A stretch of DNA of 43,399 nt from Burkholderiales bacterium (GCA_035501675.1 DATJVW010000173.1:1-43399); one strand, 5' to 3'; shown: positions 8,273 through 20,913, counted from the stretch's first letter. Translations and numbers: made by a program. Notes: a model not told the origin generated them from the sequence alone.

Positions 8273-10285
8273 ATGTTCGACAAGATTCTGATCGCCAACC
8301 GAGGCGAGATCGCGTGCCGCGTGGCGCGCACGGCTCGACGCCTGGGCATCCGCACGGTGGCGGTGTATTCCGAAGCCGACGCAGCCGCGCTGCACGTCGC
8401 GACGTGCGACGAGGCCTATCTGATCGGGCCAGCGCCGGCGCGCGCGAGCTACCTTCGGGCCGACCGCATCGTGGAGGTGGCGCGCGCCTGCGGCGCTCAA
8501 GCCATCCATCCGGGTTATGGTTTCCTATCCGAAAACGCAGATTTCGCGCGCGACTGCACGCAGGCGGGAATGGTCTTCGTCGGTCCGCCCGCGAGCGCCA
8601 TCCGCGTCATGGGTTCGAAGGGCGCCGCCAAGGACGTCATGGCGCGGGCTGGGGTGCCGCTCGTGCCGGGTTACCACGGCGATGCGCAGGACCCGGACGC
8701 GCTGGCGCGCGAAGCTGAGAAGATCGGTTATCCCCTGCTCATCAAAGCCTCTGCAGGCGGTGGCGGCAAGGGGATGCGCGTGGTCCAGTCCGGCGCGCAG
8801 TTCAAGGATGCATTGGCCGGCGCGAAGCGCGAGGCGGCAGCCGGCTTTGGCGACGATCGCGTGTTGCTGGAGCAGTACGTGAGCCGCCCGCGCCACATCG
8901 AGCTGCAGGTGTTTGCCGACAGCCACGGCAACCTGGTCCATCTGTTCGAACGCGATTGCTCTGTGCAGCGCCGTCACCAGAAGGTTGTCGAGGAGGCGCC
9001 GGCGCCGGGCCTGAGCGCCGCGCGGCGCCGGCAGATGGCCTCCGCCGCGCTGGCCGCGGCGCGTGCGGTGGGCTACGTCAACGCCGGCACCGTCGAGTTC
9101 ATCGTCGACGAGGCGGGCCATTTTTACTTCATGGAGATGAATACCCGCCTGCAAGTCGAGCATGCGGTGACCGAGCTGATCACGGGCCTGGACCTGGTCG
9201 AGTGGCAGCTCCGGGTTGCGGCGGGGGAGCCGCTGCCGTTGACGCAGAAGCAGCTGGCGATCACGGGTCACGCGATCGAGGCGCGCATCTACGCAGAGGA
9301 TCCCGCGCGCGGATTTCTGCCCGCCGCCGGACGCATCGTGCATCTGCGTTTGCCCCCGGCTTCGACGCAGGTGCGCGTCGACACGGGTGTACAGGAAGGC
9401 GACGAGGTCGGCGTTCACTACGATCCGATGATCGCGAAGCTCATCTGCTGGGATGTCGACCGCCCCGCGGCGCTGCGCCGGTTGCACGCAGCGCTGGCCG
9501 ATTGCGAGGTGGCGGGGCCGGCCACCAATCTCGCTCTGCTGTCGGGGCTGAGCGCGCATCCGGCTTTCGCGGCGGCGGATCGGGAGCCAACGCTGCTGGA
9601 CACCAGCCTGATCGAGCGCTACCGTGCGCAATTGATCCCGGAAGCCGTGCCGGCTCCCGATCGCGTGTTGGCGGTCGCCGTGCTGTCCGAGCTCATGCGC
9701 ATCGACGAGGAGGCCCTGATCGCAGCGCGGGCGTCGGGCGATCCCTGCTCGCCGTGGAACCTGCGAGACGGCTGGCGTCTCAACCAGGACAACCATCACA
9801 CGTTTGCGTTCGGGGACGGCACGCTCGAGGTCTCGGTCACGGCGCACTATCGCCGGAACGGCCTGGAGCTGGAGTTGCCGGGGGCGAGACTGGTGGCGCG
9901 GGCCGAGCGCCTGCCCGATGGTGGCCTGGTGGCGGAGCTCGGTGGCGAGCGCGTTCGCGCTACCGTCGTGCGCAAGGGTAGCGAGCTGACGGTTTTCGCC
10001 GGTGGCCTCACGCACCGCCTGCAGGTGCGCGAGTTCGAGGCGGTACAGGACGAGGAAGCCGGCGGTCGCCTGACGGCACCCATGCCCGGCAGCGTGATCG
10101 AGGTCCTGGTCAAAGAGGGCGAGTCGGTTGAGCGGGGGCGAGCGCTGATGATCATCGAGGCGATGAAGATGGAGCACACCATTGTTGCGCCGGTAGCCGG
10201 CCGCGTGGCGCAGGTGCGCTTCGCGCCCGGCGAGCAGGTCAAAGAGGGCGATCAGCTCATCGCCTTCGAAGCCGAACAGGAGTGA
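8273..10285 (+). CDS. liuD: 3-methylcrotonyl-CoA carboxylase, biotin carboxylase + BCCP (alpha) subunit
   Basis: 670 aa. N-terminal biotin carboxylase (MFDKILIANRGEIACRV) and C-terminal biotinyl domain with EAMKMEH. Confidence 0.93.
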   Translation: MFDKILIANRGEIACRVARTARRLGIRTVAVYSEADAAALHVATCDEAYLIGPAPARASYLRADRIVEVARACGAQAIHPGYGFLSENADFARDCTQAGMVFVGPPASAIRVMGSKGAAKDVMARAGVPLVPGYHGDAQDPDALAREAEKIGYPLLIKASAGGGGKGMRVVQSGAQFKDALAGAKREAAAGFGDDRVLLEQYVSRPRHIELQVFADSHGNLVHLFERDCSVQRRHQKVVEEAPAPGLSAARRRQMASAALAAARAVGYVNAGTVEFIVDEAGHFYFMEMNTRLQVEHAVTELITGLDLVEWQLRVAAGEPLPLTQKQLAITGHAIEARIYAEDPARGFLPAAGRIVHLRLPPASTQVRVDTGVQEGDEVGVHYDPMIAKLICWDVDRPAALRRLHAALADCEVAGPATNLALLSGLSAHPAFAAADREPTLLDTSLIERYRAQLIPEAVPAPDRVLAVAVLSELMRIDEEALIAARASGDPCSPWNLRDGWRLNQDNHHTFAFGDGTLEVSVTAHYRRNGLELELPGARLVARAERLPDGGLVAELGGERVRATVVRKGSELTVFAGGLTHRLQVREFEAVQDEEAGGRLTAPMPGSVIEVLVKEGESVERGRALMIIEAMKMEHTIVAPVAGRVAQVRFAPGEQVKEGDQLIAFEAEQE

Positions 10286-10290
10286 GCGCG

Positions 10291-11226
10291 ATGAACCTCC
10301 CCAAGCGTGTAAAACTGGTCGACGTGAGCCCGCGTGACGGGCTGCAAAACGAGCCGGGCGTGGTGCCCACGGGAGTGAAGATCGAGCTGATCGACCGGCT
10401 GTCGGAGGCGGGCCTGCCGGTGATCGAGGCGACCAGCTTCGTTTCGCCCAAGTGGGTGCCGCAGATGGCGGACAGCGCCCAGGTCATGGCGGGTATCAAG
10501 CGCAGGCCGGGTGTCAGCTACCCGGTGCTGGTGCCAAACATGAAGGGGCTGGAGGCCGCGCTGGCTGCCGGAGCGAAAGAAATTGCCGTGTTCGGTGCCG
10601 CGACCGAGGCCTTCTCCCGGCGCAACACCAATTGCTCGATCGCCGAGTCCTTCGAGCGCTTCGCGCCCGTGTGCGAGGCGGCGCTCGCGGCCGGGGTCAA
10701 AGTGCGCGGCTACATCTCGGTCGTGCTGGGCTGCCCCTTCGAAGGCGAGGTGGATCCGGCGGAGGTGGCCGGCATCTGCGAGCGGCTGATCGAGATCGGT
10801 TGCTACGAGGTTTCGCTCGGCGACACCATCGGCGTCGGCACGCCGGGCAAGACCCGGCGCATGATCGAGACGGTGTCGCGGCGCGTCCCGGTGGACAAGC
10901 TGGGCGGGCACTATCACGATACCTACGGTCAGGCGCTGGCCAACATTTTCGCGTCGCTCGAGACGGGAATGGCGACCTTCGACTGCTCCGTCGCGGGGCT
11001 GGGCGGTTGTCCCTACGCTCCGGGTGCCACCGGAAACGTGGCCACCGAGGACGTGTTATACATGCTCGATGGATTGAGCATCGAGACCGGCGTCGACATG
11101 AGCAAGCTGCTGCAGGCGGCCCAATTCATCTGCGGTGAGCTCGGTCGCCCGACCGTGTCGCGGGCGGGACGCGCGCTCGCAGCCAGGGCCGCCCGCCGCG
11201 CCAAGGAAGGCCAGGTGGCCGCATGA
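10291..11226 (+). CDS. liuE: Hydroxymethylglutaryl-CoA lyase
   Basis: ATG 10291 with AGGAG at 10277-10281; the track start, GTG 10282, overlaps the liuD stop. Motifs VSPRDGLQNE and GLGGCPYAPGATGNV. Confidence 0.9.
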   Translation: MNLPKRVKLVDVSPRDGLQNEPGVVPTGVKIELIDRLSEAGLPVIEATSFVSPKWVPQMADSAQVMAGIKRRPGVSYPVLVPNMKGLEAALAAGAKEIAVFGAATEAFSRRNTNCSIAESFERFAPVCEAALAAGVKVRGYISVVLGCPFEGEVDPAEVAGICERLIEIGCYEVSLGDTIGVGTPGKTRRMIETVSRRVPVDKLGGHYHDTYGQALANIFASLETGMATFDCSVAGLGGCPYAPGATGNVATEDVLYMLDGLSIETGVDMSKLLQAAQFICGELGRPTVSRAGRALAARAARRAKEGQVAA

Positions 11227-11414
11227 GCCTGCCTCCTGTCCATATCGACTCGCCTTGCAGGAACGTGTGCCAGATGGACCCGAGCTCGGGCCTGTGTCTT
11301 GGTTGCCGGCGCACGCTGCAGGAGATCGCGGACTGGCTGGAGATGACGCCCGAGGAAAAACGCGCCACGCTCGAGCGCGTCGTGCAGCGCGCCTGCGCGC
11401 TCGGCCAGATGTGA
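11223..11414 (+). CDS. DUF1289 family small Cys-rich (putative Fe-S) protein
   Basis: 63 aa with SPCRNVCQMDPSSGLCLGCRRTLQEI (Cx3C...Cx2C). Its ATG overlaps the liuE stop (ATGA). Confidence 0.75.
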   Translation: MSLPPVHIDSPCRNVCQMDPSSGLCLGCRRTLQEIADWLEMTPEEKRATLERVVQRACALGQM

Positions 11415-11440
11415 CCCGTCAACTGCGAACGCGAAGCAAC

Positions 11441-12007
11441 ATGCCGTTAAGCCCATCTGCAAGCCGCAAGCCCATGCACCAGCGTCGCGTCGAATGCCAG
11501 GGATACCTGCGCGACGACGGCCTGTGGGACATCGAAGGGCATCTGCTGGATACCAAGCCCTTCGACATTCCCAATCCCGACCGCGGCGGCGTCATCCGCG
11601 CCGGCGAGGCACTGCACGAGATGTGGATCCGGCTCACGGTGGACACCGATCTCCTGGTGCATCATGTGGAGGCGAAGACCGACTTCGGTCCCTACAGCTT
11701 GTGCGGCGATATCACCGACAACTTCAAAATACTGGAAGGGTTGCGGATCGCTCCCGGCTGGACGCTGAAGACGCGCGCGTTGCTGGGTGGCGTGAAGGGC
11801 TGCACGCATCTCGTCGAGTTACTGGGTCCGGTCGCGACCACGGCATTCCAGACCATATATCCGGCCCGTGCAAAAAGCGAGGCTGCAGCGGAGCTCGAGC
11901 GCAAGCCCGTTCTGCTGGGCTCCTGCCACGCGTACCGCTCGGACGGTCCGATCGTCCGGGACAGGTGGCCGGCGTTCTACACCGGTCCAACCCGCTCCGA
12001 GACCTGA
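11441..12007 (+). CDS. DUF2889 family protein
   Basis: ORF 11135..12007 trimmed to ATG 11441 (an alternative ATG lies about 33 nt downstream). HEMWIRLTVD...GPYSLCGD...GCTHLVELLGP resembles DUF2889 as I recall it. Function unknown. Confidence 0.65.
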   Translation: MPLSPSASRKPMHQRRVECQGYLRDDGLWDIEGHLLDTKPFDIPNPDRGGVIRAGEALHEMWIRLTVDTDLLVHHVEAKTDFGPYSLCGDITDNFKILEGLRIAPGWTLKTRALLGGVKGCTHLVELLGPVATTAFQTIYPARAKSEAAAELERKPVLLGSCHAYRSDGPIVRDRWPAFYTGPTRSET

Positions 12008-12079
12008 CTCGTAGCGGTTGCAGCAGCTTGTCGGGCTTCAGGCACAATTCGCATCTGCGCCGCGTCACAGGCCTTCGAA

Positions 12080-14174
<2,095 letters not shown>

Positions 14175-14182
<8 letters not shown>

Positions 14183-15071
14183 CCGAGTCCTCATCCGGCC
14201 GTTGGCCGCTCCTTTGGGGGCCGAAGTGTGCCGGCTCGCGCTGAGCGAACCGTTGTGCCCCGAGACCTTGATCGGTCTGCATCGGGCGCTGCTGCAGCAC
14301 CAGGTGCTGATCTTCTCCGATCAACATCTGAACGACGAACAGCATCTGGAGTTCTCGCGTCACTGGGGTGAGCTGCAGCTGCATGTGCTGGACCAGTATC
14401 GCCATAGCGGCAGGCCCGAGATCCTGTGGATCACGAACCTCGACCCGGACGGTAAGCCCAAGGGCGAGCACCCCGACCCCGGGGCGGCGGTCTGGCATTC
14501 CGACGGATCGTGGTCGAAGGAGCGCGGTCTCGTCACCTTCTTGCACTCGCTCAGAATCCCGGTGGCGGGCGGCGACACGCTCTACGCCGACATGTACGCC
14601 GCGTACGAGGGGCTGCCTGCCGACGACAAGCACCGAATCGACGGGCTCGTCGCGGTGCATGACCTCGATTACTCTCGCAGCCAGACCAACGCGCGCAAGC
14701 AAATGACAGAGGAGCAAAAGCGCGCCGCTCCGCCCGTCGAATGGCCGGTGGTCCGGACCCATCCGGAGACCGGGCGCAAGTGCCTGTACCTGGGTCAGCA
14801 CGCCTCCCATGTCAAAGGAATCGCGCTGGAGGAAGGACGCGTGTTGATCCGGCGGTTGAATGCCCACGCGACACAGCCAAAGTACCTGTACCGCCATGTT
14901 TGGCGGCAGCATCAGCTCGTCATGTGGGATAACCGAGCCGTTCTGCACAGCGCGACAGACTTCGATTGGGTCAACGATGTGCGCATCATCCGCCGCACGA
15001 CGACTGTCGGGGAGCGGCTGCCGGTGCACGCCGCGTCGCGCGACGCGCCGGGTTCGCGCGCTGCGGACTAG
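14175..15071 (+). CDS. TauD/TfdA family Fe(II)/2-oxoglutarate-dependent dioxygenase
   Basis: 298 aa. Has WHSDGS (HxD), a distal His in AVLHSAT and a C-terminal RIIRRTT. The ATG overlaps the nadE 3' end by 8 nt. Confidence 0.85.
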
Positions 15072-15185
15072 CATCGTCCAGCGGGCAAGTCCGGTCCTCG
15101 GAGTCGAGCCGGCCACCCGGCGACTGGCGCACCTGAAGCGAATCCGTCCCCTCCGGCAGCGCCGCGGCAAATGCAAGCGCTGGAT

Positions 15186-15204
15186 GCCGCTCGTTGCGAG
15201 CGGC
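15186..15204. terminator. Perfect 8-bp hairpin between the convergent TauD-like and GST genes
   Basis: GCCGCTCG-ttg-CGAGCGGC, 12 nt beyond the GST stop. No strong U tract on either strand. Confidence 0.35.
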
Positions 15205-15215
15205 TGGTTCAGGTC

Positions 15216-15836
15216 TCAGCTCACCGGCAGCATCACCACGCCCTTGTAGGCCGGGCGCTCGCGCAGGGCATCGAACCAGCGCTGCAGGTTGGCCAATGCC
15301 GGCCGATCGATCGGGAGCGCCATCCAGCGCCAGATCGCGCAACCCATCGGGATGTCGCCTATCGTGAGGTCATCGCCGGCGACGAACATGCGGTTCTTCA
15401 GGTGGGCGTCGAGATAGCCCAGCACCTCCTCGGTCTTCAGGCGCGACTCTTCCATCGCCGCCTCGTCGCGCTGGTCGACCGGGGTGCGCACGAGGTTCCA
15501 GAACAGAGGGCGGAAGGAGGGCCAGAACATGGCGATCTGCCAGTCCATCCACTTGTCGGCCTCGGCCCGTACCTTGAGGTCCTCCGGCCAGAGTTTGCCG
15601 GCGCTGTGCTTGGCGGCGAGATAACGCACGATCGTGTTGGACTCCCACAGCACGAACGGACCATCCTCGATGGTGGGGACCAGACCGTTGGGGTTCAGTG
15701 CCCGGTACTGTGGCGTGTTGACGACACCGAAGCTGCCGCCGGCGTCCAGCCGCTGGTACTGCTGGCCCATCTCCTCGCAGCACCAGAGCACTTTCTGCAC
15801 GTTGACGGAGTTGTTCCGTCCCCAGATTTTGAGCAT
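15216..15836 (-). CDS. Glutathione S-transferase (GstB/YliJ-like)
   Basis: MLKIWGRNNSVNVQKVLW...LNPNGLVPTIEDG...LWESNTIVRYLA closely recalls E. coli GstB. GGAGG lies upstream of the ATG. Confidence 0.9.
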   Translation of the reverse strand: MLKIWGRNNSVNVQKVLWCCEEMGQQYQRLDAGGSFGVVNTPQYRALNPNGLVPTIEDGPFVLWESNTIVRYLAAKHSAGKLWPEDLKVRAEADKWMDWQIAMFWPSFRPLFWNLVRTPVDQRDEAAMEESRLKTEEVLGYLDAHLKNRMFVAGDDLTIGDIPMGCAIWRWMALPIDRPALANLQRWFDALRERPAYKGVVMLPVS

Positions 15837-15866
15837 TGCCTCCTCCTCTTTAGGTTATGGTCGGCG

Positions 15867-16706
15867 TCAGCTCACCGGTATGCCGGCTCTTATTCTGGCT
15901 ATTGTGGCGTCAATGAGCCGGCGCGCGACGCTGATCTTGTTGGGCAGTACTGGAAGGTTCTCGAGACTGAACCAGCCGGCCGCTTCGATCTCGCTGGGAT
16001 CGGGTGAGATCTCTCCCGCCGCCCAATCGCAGTTGAAAGCGATCATGAGCGAGTGTGGGAAAGGCCAGGACTGGCTCGAGAAGTAGCGCAGGTTCGCGAC
16101 CTCGACGCCTACCTCCTCCTTCACCTCGCGCACCAGGCACTGCTCGAGGCTCTCGCCGGGCTCGACGAAACCGGCCAGGGCGCTGTGCATGCCGGGCACG
16201 AAATGGGGCGAGCGCGCCAGCAGGAGCTGGTCCCGCCGTTGCACCAGCGCCATCACCGCCGGTGCGATGCGCGGGTAGTGAACCTGCCCGCAGTTCGGGC
16301 ACTCGCGTGCACGCTCTCCCGACTTCGGCGACGTTGGCGTCCCGCAGCGGCCGCAGTATTGGTGCGAGCGGTCCCAGTCCATGATCTGAAGGGCGCGGCC
16401 GGCGAGCGCGAACCCCACGTCGTCAAACAATCCGAACAAGGCGCGCAAGCCGGACCAGGCGTAGCTGTCCGGGGCGGGGGTGCCTGCAGCGCACTCCGCA
16501 GAATAGCAGTGCTGTCGCGACAGCGTGCCCAGGTATTGGGTACGCAGCGGCTCGAGGCCCAGCTCGCGGGGATGAGCGACGAGTGGGACCCACGCGCGGC
16601 CCTCCGCGCGGTGCACCAGCAGCTGAGCACCCTGGAACAGGAACCAATGCGCGGGTTCGTTCAGCGCGCCGGGCGGGGTGACCAGGGGCAGGAACAGGTC
16701 AGACAT
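15867..16706 (-). CDS. nudC: NAD(+) diphosphatase / NADH pyrophosphatase (Nudix with zinc ribbon)
   Basis: CGRCG...CPNCG zinc ribbon followed by the Nudix box GFVEPGESLEQCLVREVKEEVGV. Confidence 0.88.
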   Translation of the reverse strand: MSDLFLPLVTPPGALNEPAHWFLFQGAQLLVHRAEGRAWVPLVAHPRELGLEPLRTQYLGTLSRQHCYSAECAAGTPAPDSYAWSGLRALFGLFDDVGFALAGRALQIMDWDRSHQYCGRCGTPTSPKSGERARECPNCGQVHYPRIAPAVMALVQRRDQLLLARSPHFVPGMHSALAGFVEPGESLEQCLVREVKEEVGVEVANLRYFSSQSWPFPHSLMIAFNCDWAAGEISPDPSEIEAAGWFSLENLPVLPNKISVARRLIDATIARIRAGIPVS

Positions 16707-16740
16707 GCGCGTTCTGTGCGCCGCTGCAGCTCAAGGGAGT

Positions 16741-18495
16741 CTACTTCTTGGGCATGTACAGGTCGGTGATGCTGCCTTCGGCGATCTCGGCCGAGAAGAA
16801 GATCGTCTCCGACAGGGTCGGGTGCGGATGAATCGTCAACCCGATGTCCTCGGCATCGGCCCCCATCTCCAGGGCCAGCACCGTCTCGGAAATCAGCTCG
16901 CCGGCGTTGGGGCCGACGATGGCCGCCCCCAGCAACCGCCGCGTAGCCTTGTCGAAGATCAGCTTGGTGAGCCCCTCGTCGCGTGCGGTCGCACGCGCGC
17001 GACCGCTTGCGGCCCACGGGAACACGGCCTTCTCGATCTCGACGCCCTGCGCCTTCGCCATGGTCTCGGTCAACCCCATCCATGCAACCTCGGGGTCCGT
17101 ATAGGCGACCGAGGGAATGGTGCGCGCGTCGAACGCAGCGCGCTGCCCCGCGATGACCTCGGCCGCAAGCTTGCCCTCGTAGCTCGCCTTGTGCGCGAGC
17201 ATGGGCTCGCCGACGATGTCGCCGATGGCGTAGATGTGCGCAACGTTGGTGCGCATCTGCCGGTCCACCGGGATGTAACCGCGCTCGCTCACCAGCACGC
17301 CGGCAGCTTGCGCATTGATCGCCTTGCCGTTGGGCCGCCGCCCGACCGAGAGCAGAACACGGTCGTAGGTCTGCGGTTCGGGCGCGCCTTCGCCCTCGAA
17401 GCCGGCTTTGAGCCCCTGCTCAGTCGCTTCGAGCCGAGTCACCTTGGTCTTGAGATAGATCGCCTCGTAGCGCTTCTCGATGCGTTTGTGCAGGGGTCGG
17501 ATGATGTCGCGGTCCGCTCCGGGAATCAGACCATCCAGCAGCTCGACGACGCTGATCGCCGAGCCCAGCGCGTCGTACACGGTGGCCATTTCGAGACCGA
17601 TGATCCCGCCGCCGATGACCAGCAGTCGTTTGGGGATGTCTTTGAGGTCGAGCGCGCTGGTGGAGTCCAGCAAGCGCGGATCATCGTAGGGAAAACCCGG
17701 AATCCTGGCGGACTGGGAGCCCGCAGCGATGATGGCGTAGTCGAACGAGACGTTCTTCTTCCCCTCGCTGGTTTGCACCTCGATCATGTGCGGGGAGGTA
17801 AATCTCGCCGACCCCGTGACCACTTGCACTTTGCGCTGCTTGGCAAGTCCTGCAAGGCCTTTGGTTCCTTTTGCCACGACGCTTTCTTTCCAGCGGCGCA
17901 AGGCGTCCACGTCGATGCTCGGCCGGTCGAACTTGAGCCCGAAGTGCGACATCTCCTCCGCCTCGGAGACCACGCGTGCCGCGTGCAGCAGCGCCTTGGA
18001 TGGGATGCAGCCTACGTTCAGGCAGACGCCGCCTAGAGCGGGATAGCGCTCGATCAGCGCCACTCTCTTGCCGAGGTCTGCGGCGCGGAAGGCGGCGGTA
18101 TACCCGCCGGGCCCGGAACCGAGTACCACCACCTCGGCATGATAGTCACCCTTGGACGGCGGCCAGGTCGAGACCACGGCCGGCGCTGCCGGCGGAGCCA
18201 CGCTCACAGGCGCGGGCCTCGGCACCTCCGCTTTCGGTGCCTTGGACGGAGCGCCGTCGGCCTCCAGCAAGAGGATGACGGCGCCCTCGGAGACCTTGTC
18301 GCCGAGCCTGACTCTCAGCTCCTTGACCACGCCGGCTTCTGGCGCCGGCACCTCCATCGTGGCCTTGTCGGATTCCAGCGTGACCAGCGAGTCTTCTTTC
18401 TTGATGCTGTCGCCGGGCTTGACCAGGACCTCGATCACCGGCACGTCCTTGAAATCCCCGATGTCGGGGACTTTCACCTCGATCACGCTGCTCAT
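16741..18495 (-). CDS. lpdA: Dihydrolipoyl dehydrogenase with N-terminal lipoyl-attachment domain
   Basis: 584 aa. Lipoyl domain (LESDKATMEVP), Ala/Pro linker, then FAD/NAD disulfide oxidoreductase (GGVCLNVGCIPSK). Confidence 0.93.
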   Translation of the reverse strand: MSSVIEVKVPDIGDFKDVPVIEVLVKPGDSIKKEDSLVTLESDKATMEVPAPEAGVVKELRVRLGDKVSEGAVILLLEADGAPSKAPKAEVPRPAPVSVAPPAAPAVVSTWPPSKGDYHAEVVVLGSGPGGYTAAFRAADLGKRVALIERYPALGGVCLNVGCIPSKALLHAARVVSEAEEMSHFGLKFDRPSIDVDALRRWKESVVAKGTKGLAGLAKQRKVQVVTGSARFTSPHMIEVQTSEGKKNVSFDYAIIAAGSQSARIPGFPYDDPRLLDSTSALDLKDIPKRLLVIGGGIIGLEMATVYDALGSAISVVELLDGLIPGADRDIIRPLHKRIEKRYEAIYLKTKVTRLEATEQGLKAGFEGEGAPEPQTYDRVLLSVGRRPNGKAINAQAAGVLVSERGYIPVDRQMRTNVAHIYAIGDIVGEPMLAHKASYEGKLAAEVIAGQRAAFDARTIPSVAYTDPEVAWMGLTETMAKAQGVEIEKAVFPWAASGRARATARDEGLTKLIFDKATRRLLGAAIVGPNAGELISETVLALEMGADAEDIGLTIHPHPTLSETIFFSAEIAEGSITDLYMPKK

Positions 18496-18574
18496 TGCTG
18501 TCCCGATTCTCCGGCGCCTGTCGAAGGGAGTGCTGGCGAGGTGACCGGCCCGACGCTGGGCGGCGGGCCCCGTG

Positions 18575-19831
18575 CTACTCGCGAATCTGGCCGTCCCCGA
18601 GCACGATGAACTTCTGCGAGGTGAGGCCCTCCAGCCCCACCGGTCCGCGCGCGTGCAGCTTGTCGGTCGAGATGCCGATCTCAGCGCCCAGGCCGTATTC
18701 GAAGCCGTCAGCCAATCGCGTGGAGGCGTTCACCATCACGGAGCTGGAATCCACCTCGCGCAGAAAACGGCGGGCGCGCGTGTAGTCCTCGGTCACGATG
18801 GCATCGGTATGTTGTGAGCCGTAGACGGCGATATGCTCGATGGCCTGATCTAGACCTTCCACCACACGCACGGCGAGGACCGCCGCCAGGTACTCGGTGT
18901 ACCAGTCCTCCTCGGTGGCCTGCTTCATCTGCGGGACGATGGCGCGCGCCTGCGCATCGCCGCGCAACTCCACGCCCTTGTCGAGATAGATCCGGCACAG
19001 CGCAGGCAATACCCGGCTGGCGATGTGCTTGTGCACCAGCAGCGTTTCCATCGTGTTGCAGGTGCCCAGCCGCTGGGTCTTGGCGTTGTCCGCAATGCGG
19101 ATCGCCTTGTCCACGTCGGCGCGCTCGTCGATATAGACGTGGCACACGCCGTCGAGGTGCTTCAGCACCGGGATGCGAGATTCAGCCGAGATGCGCTCGA
19201 TCAGACCCTTGCCGCCGCGCGGGACGATGATGTCCACGTATTCCTTCATGGCGATCAGCTCGCCGACCGCAGCGCGGTCGGTGGTCTCGATGACCTGCAC
19301 CGCAGGCGTCGGCAGCCCGGCGGCCTGCAACCCCTCGTGGACGCACGCGGCGATCGCTTGATTGGAATGAATCGCCTCGGAGCCGCCGCGCAGAATCGCG
19401 GCGTTACCCGCCTTGAGGCACAGCCCCGCGGCATCCGCCGTGACGCTCGGCCGCGCTTCGTAGATGATGGCGACGACCCCGAGCGGCACGCGCATGCGGC
19501 CTACCTGAATACCGGAAGGCCGGTACTTGAGCTCGCTCACTTCGCCTACGGGGTCGGGCAACTGCGCGATCTGGCGCAGACCTTCTGCCATGGACGCTGC
19601 GCCCCTGCGACTCAGCGTAAGCCTGTCGATCATGGCCGGCGCCAATCCCTTGGCGTGGGCGGCGTCGAGGTCGCGCCGGTTTGCGTCCAGCAGACGTTCC
19701 ACGTCTCGCTCGATGGCCGCAGCCATCGCCAGCAGGGCCTCGTCCTTGGCCGCCGTCTCGGCCCGTGCCATGGCGCGCGAGGCCTTCCTAGCCTCGCGCC
19801 CGACGCCGTGCATGTACGACTGGATGTCCAT
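18575..19831 (-). CDS. proA: Glutamate-5-semialdehyde dehydrogenase (gamma-glutamyl phosphate reductase)
   Basis: 418-aa ORF with a typical full-length ProA sequence. Confidence 0.95.
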   Translation of the reverse strand: MDIQSYMHGVGREARKASRAMARAETAAKDEALLAMAAAIERDVERLLDANRRDLDAAHAKGLAPAMIDRLTLSRRGAASMAEGLRQIAQLPDPVGEVSELKYRPSGIQVGRMRVPLGVVAIIYEARPSVTADAAGLCLKAGNAAILRGGSEAIHSNQAIAACVHEGLQAAGLPTPAVQVIETTDRAAVGELIAMKEYVDIIVPRGGKGLIERISAESRIPVLKHLDGVCHVYIDERADVDKAIRIADNAKTQRLGTCNTMETLLVHKHIASRVLPALCRIYLDKGVELRGDAQARAIVPQMKQATEEDWYTEYLAAVLAVRVVEGLDQAIEHIAVYGSQHTDAIVTEDYTRARRFLREVDSSSVMVNASTRLADGFEYGLGAEIGISTDKLHARGPVGLEGLTSQKFIVLGDGQIRE

Positions 19832-19842
19832 CTGCCGCTTGC

Positions 19843-20892
19843 CTACGAAGGAGCGGAGATTCTACCGCGATTCGGTCGGACATCGCCCGCCGCAGGGATG
19901 AGGCGCAGGCCGAGTTGCAGGAGCTCGTCCCACACATCACCCGGCGTGAGGCCCTTGATCATGCGGTCCACCCGCGCTGCATGCAGCAGGGCGTCCTCCA
20001 GCTCGCGCGATGCAATGCGCCGGACCGCCCCGGGGATCAGCTCGGCGCGTTTGCCCCACACGCGTGCCTCGCGCATCAATTGCTGCAGGGCCTTTCCGGC
20101 GGCGAGGCCGTGGCCCACATGCAGCAGCGCGCGCGCCTCCTCGGCGAGCGCCCACAGCACCAGCGGTGGCGCTACGCCCTCGCCGCGCAGGCCGTCGAGC
20201 ATGCGCACGAAGCGCGGCGCGTCGACAGCGAGCAGCGGCTCCCCCAGTTTGAACACGTCATAGCGTGCAACGTCGAGCACCACGCCCCTCACCTGCTCGG
20301 GATCGAGTCTGCCCGGCGGGAACAAGAGCGCGAGCTTCTGGACCTCCTGGTGTGCCGCGAGCAGGTTACCTTCCACGCGGCTGACGAGGAACCTCAGCGT
20401 CTGCTCGTCGACTTGCTGACCTTGCACAGCCAGACGGCCGGCGATCCAGTCGGGCAGCCGGGCGAGCGTCACGGGAGTGGCCGCAACGACCACTCCGGCT
20501 GCGTCGAGCGCCTCGAACCAACCGGTCGACTGTTGCGCCCGCTCGACCTTGGGCAACGAGATCAGCGTGACAGTGTCCGGTGGAAGGTCGCGGGCGTAAC
20601 GGCGCAGGGCCTCCGCACCGTCGTTTCCCGGCTTACCGCTTGGGACGCGCAGCTCCAACAAACGCTTGGTCGCGAATAACGACAGGCTGTTGCCGACCAT
20701 GGCGAGCTGCGACCAGTCGAAGCCGGACTCGACCGTCAGCACCTCGCGCTCGCTGTAGTCTGCCTCGCGGCAGCGCCTGCGAATGCGGTCAGAGGCCTCC
20801 AGCGCAAGCAGAGTCTCTTCCCCGTGTATGGTGTAAAGGGGTTTGAGGCCGCGGTTCAGATGCTGCGCGAGCTGTTCGGTGTCGATGCGCAC
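19843..20892 (-). CDS. holA: DNA polymerase III delta subunit
   Basis: 349 aa, GTG start. HolA-like N-terminus ([12 protein letters not shown]) and length. The holA-proA adjacency is common. Confidence 0.82.
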   Translation of the reverse strand: MRIDTEQLAQHLNRGLKPLYTIHGEETLLALEASDRIRRRCREADYSEREVLTVESGFDWSQLAMVGNSLSLFATKRLLELRVPSGKPGNDGAEALRRYARDLPPDTVTLISLPKVERAQQSTGWFEALDAAGVVVAATPVTLARLPDWIAGRLAVQGQQVDEQTLRFLVSRVEGNLLAAHQEVQKLALLFPPGRLDPEQVRGVVLDVARYDVFKLGEPLLAVDAPRFVRMLDGLRGEGVAPPLVLWALAEEARALLHVGHGLAAGKALQQLMREARVWGKRAELIPGAVRRIASRELEDALLHAARVDRMIKGLTPGDVWDELLQLGLRLIPAAGDVRPNRGRISAPS

Positions 20893-20913
20893 GGTGTCGT
20901 ATCTGGACGGCAG

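Noticed and set aside
2981-10177. Very long - strand ORFs (2981..5290, 769 aa; 5259..7319, 686 aa; 7325..8509, 394 aa; 8525..10177, 550 aa) opposite the thiolase, MCC and hydratase genes
   Set aside because: All overlap well-supported + strand genes, have Arg/Ala/Pro/Gly-dominated composition, and lack any recognisable motif. They are treated as GC-driven artefacts, as are similar ORFs elsewhere: 16678..18036 +, 19025..20263 +, 20824..22134 +, 28061..29137 -, 30428..31750 -, 31793..33079 -, 35351..36415 -, 40643..41875 +.
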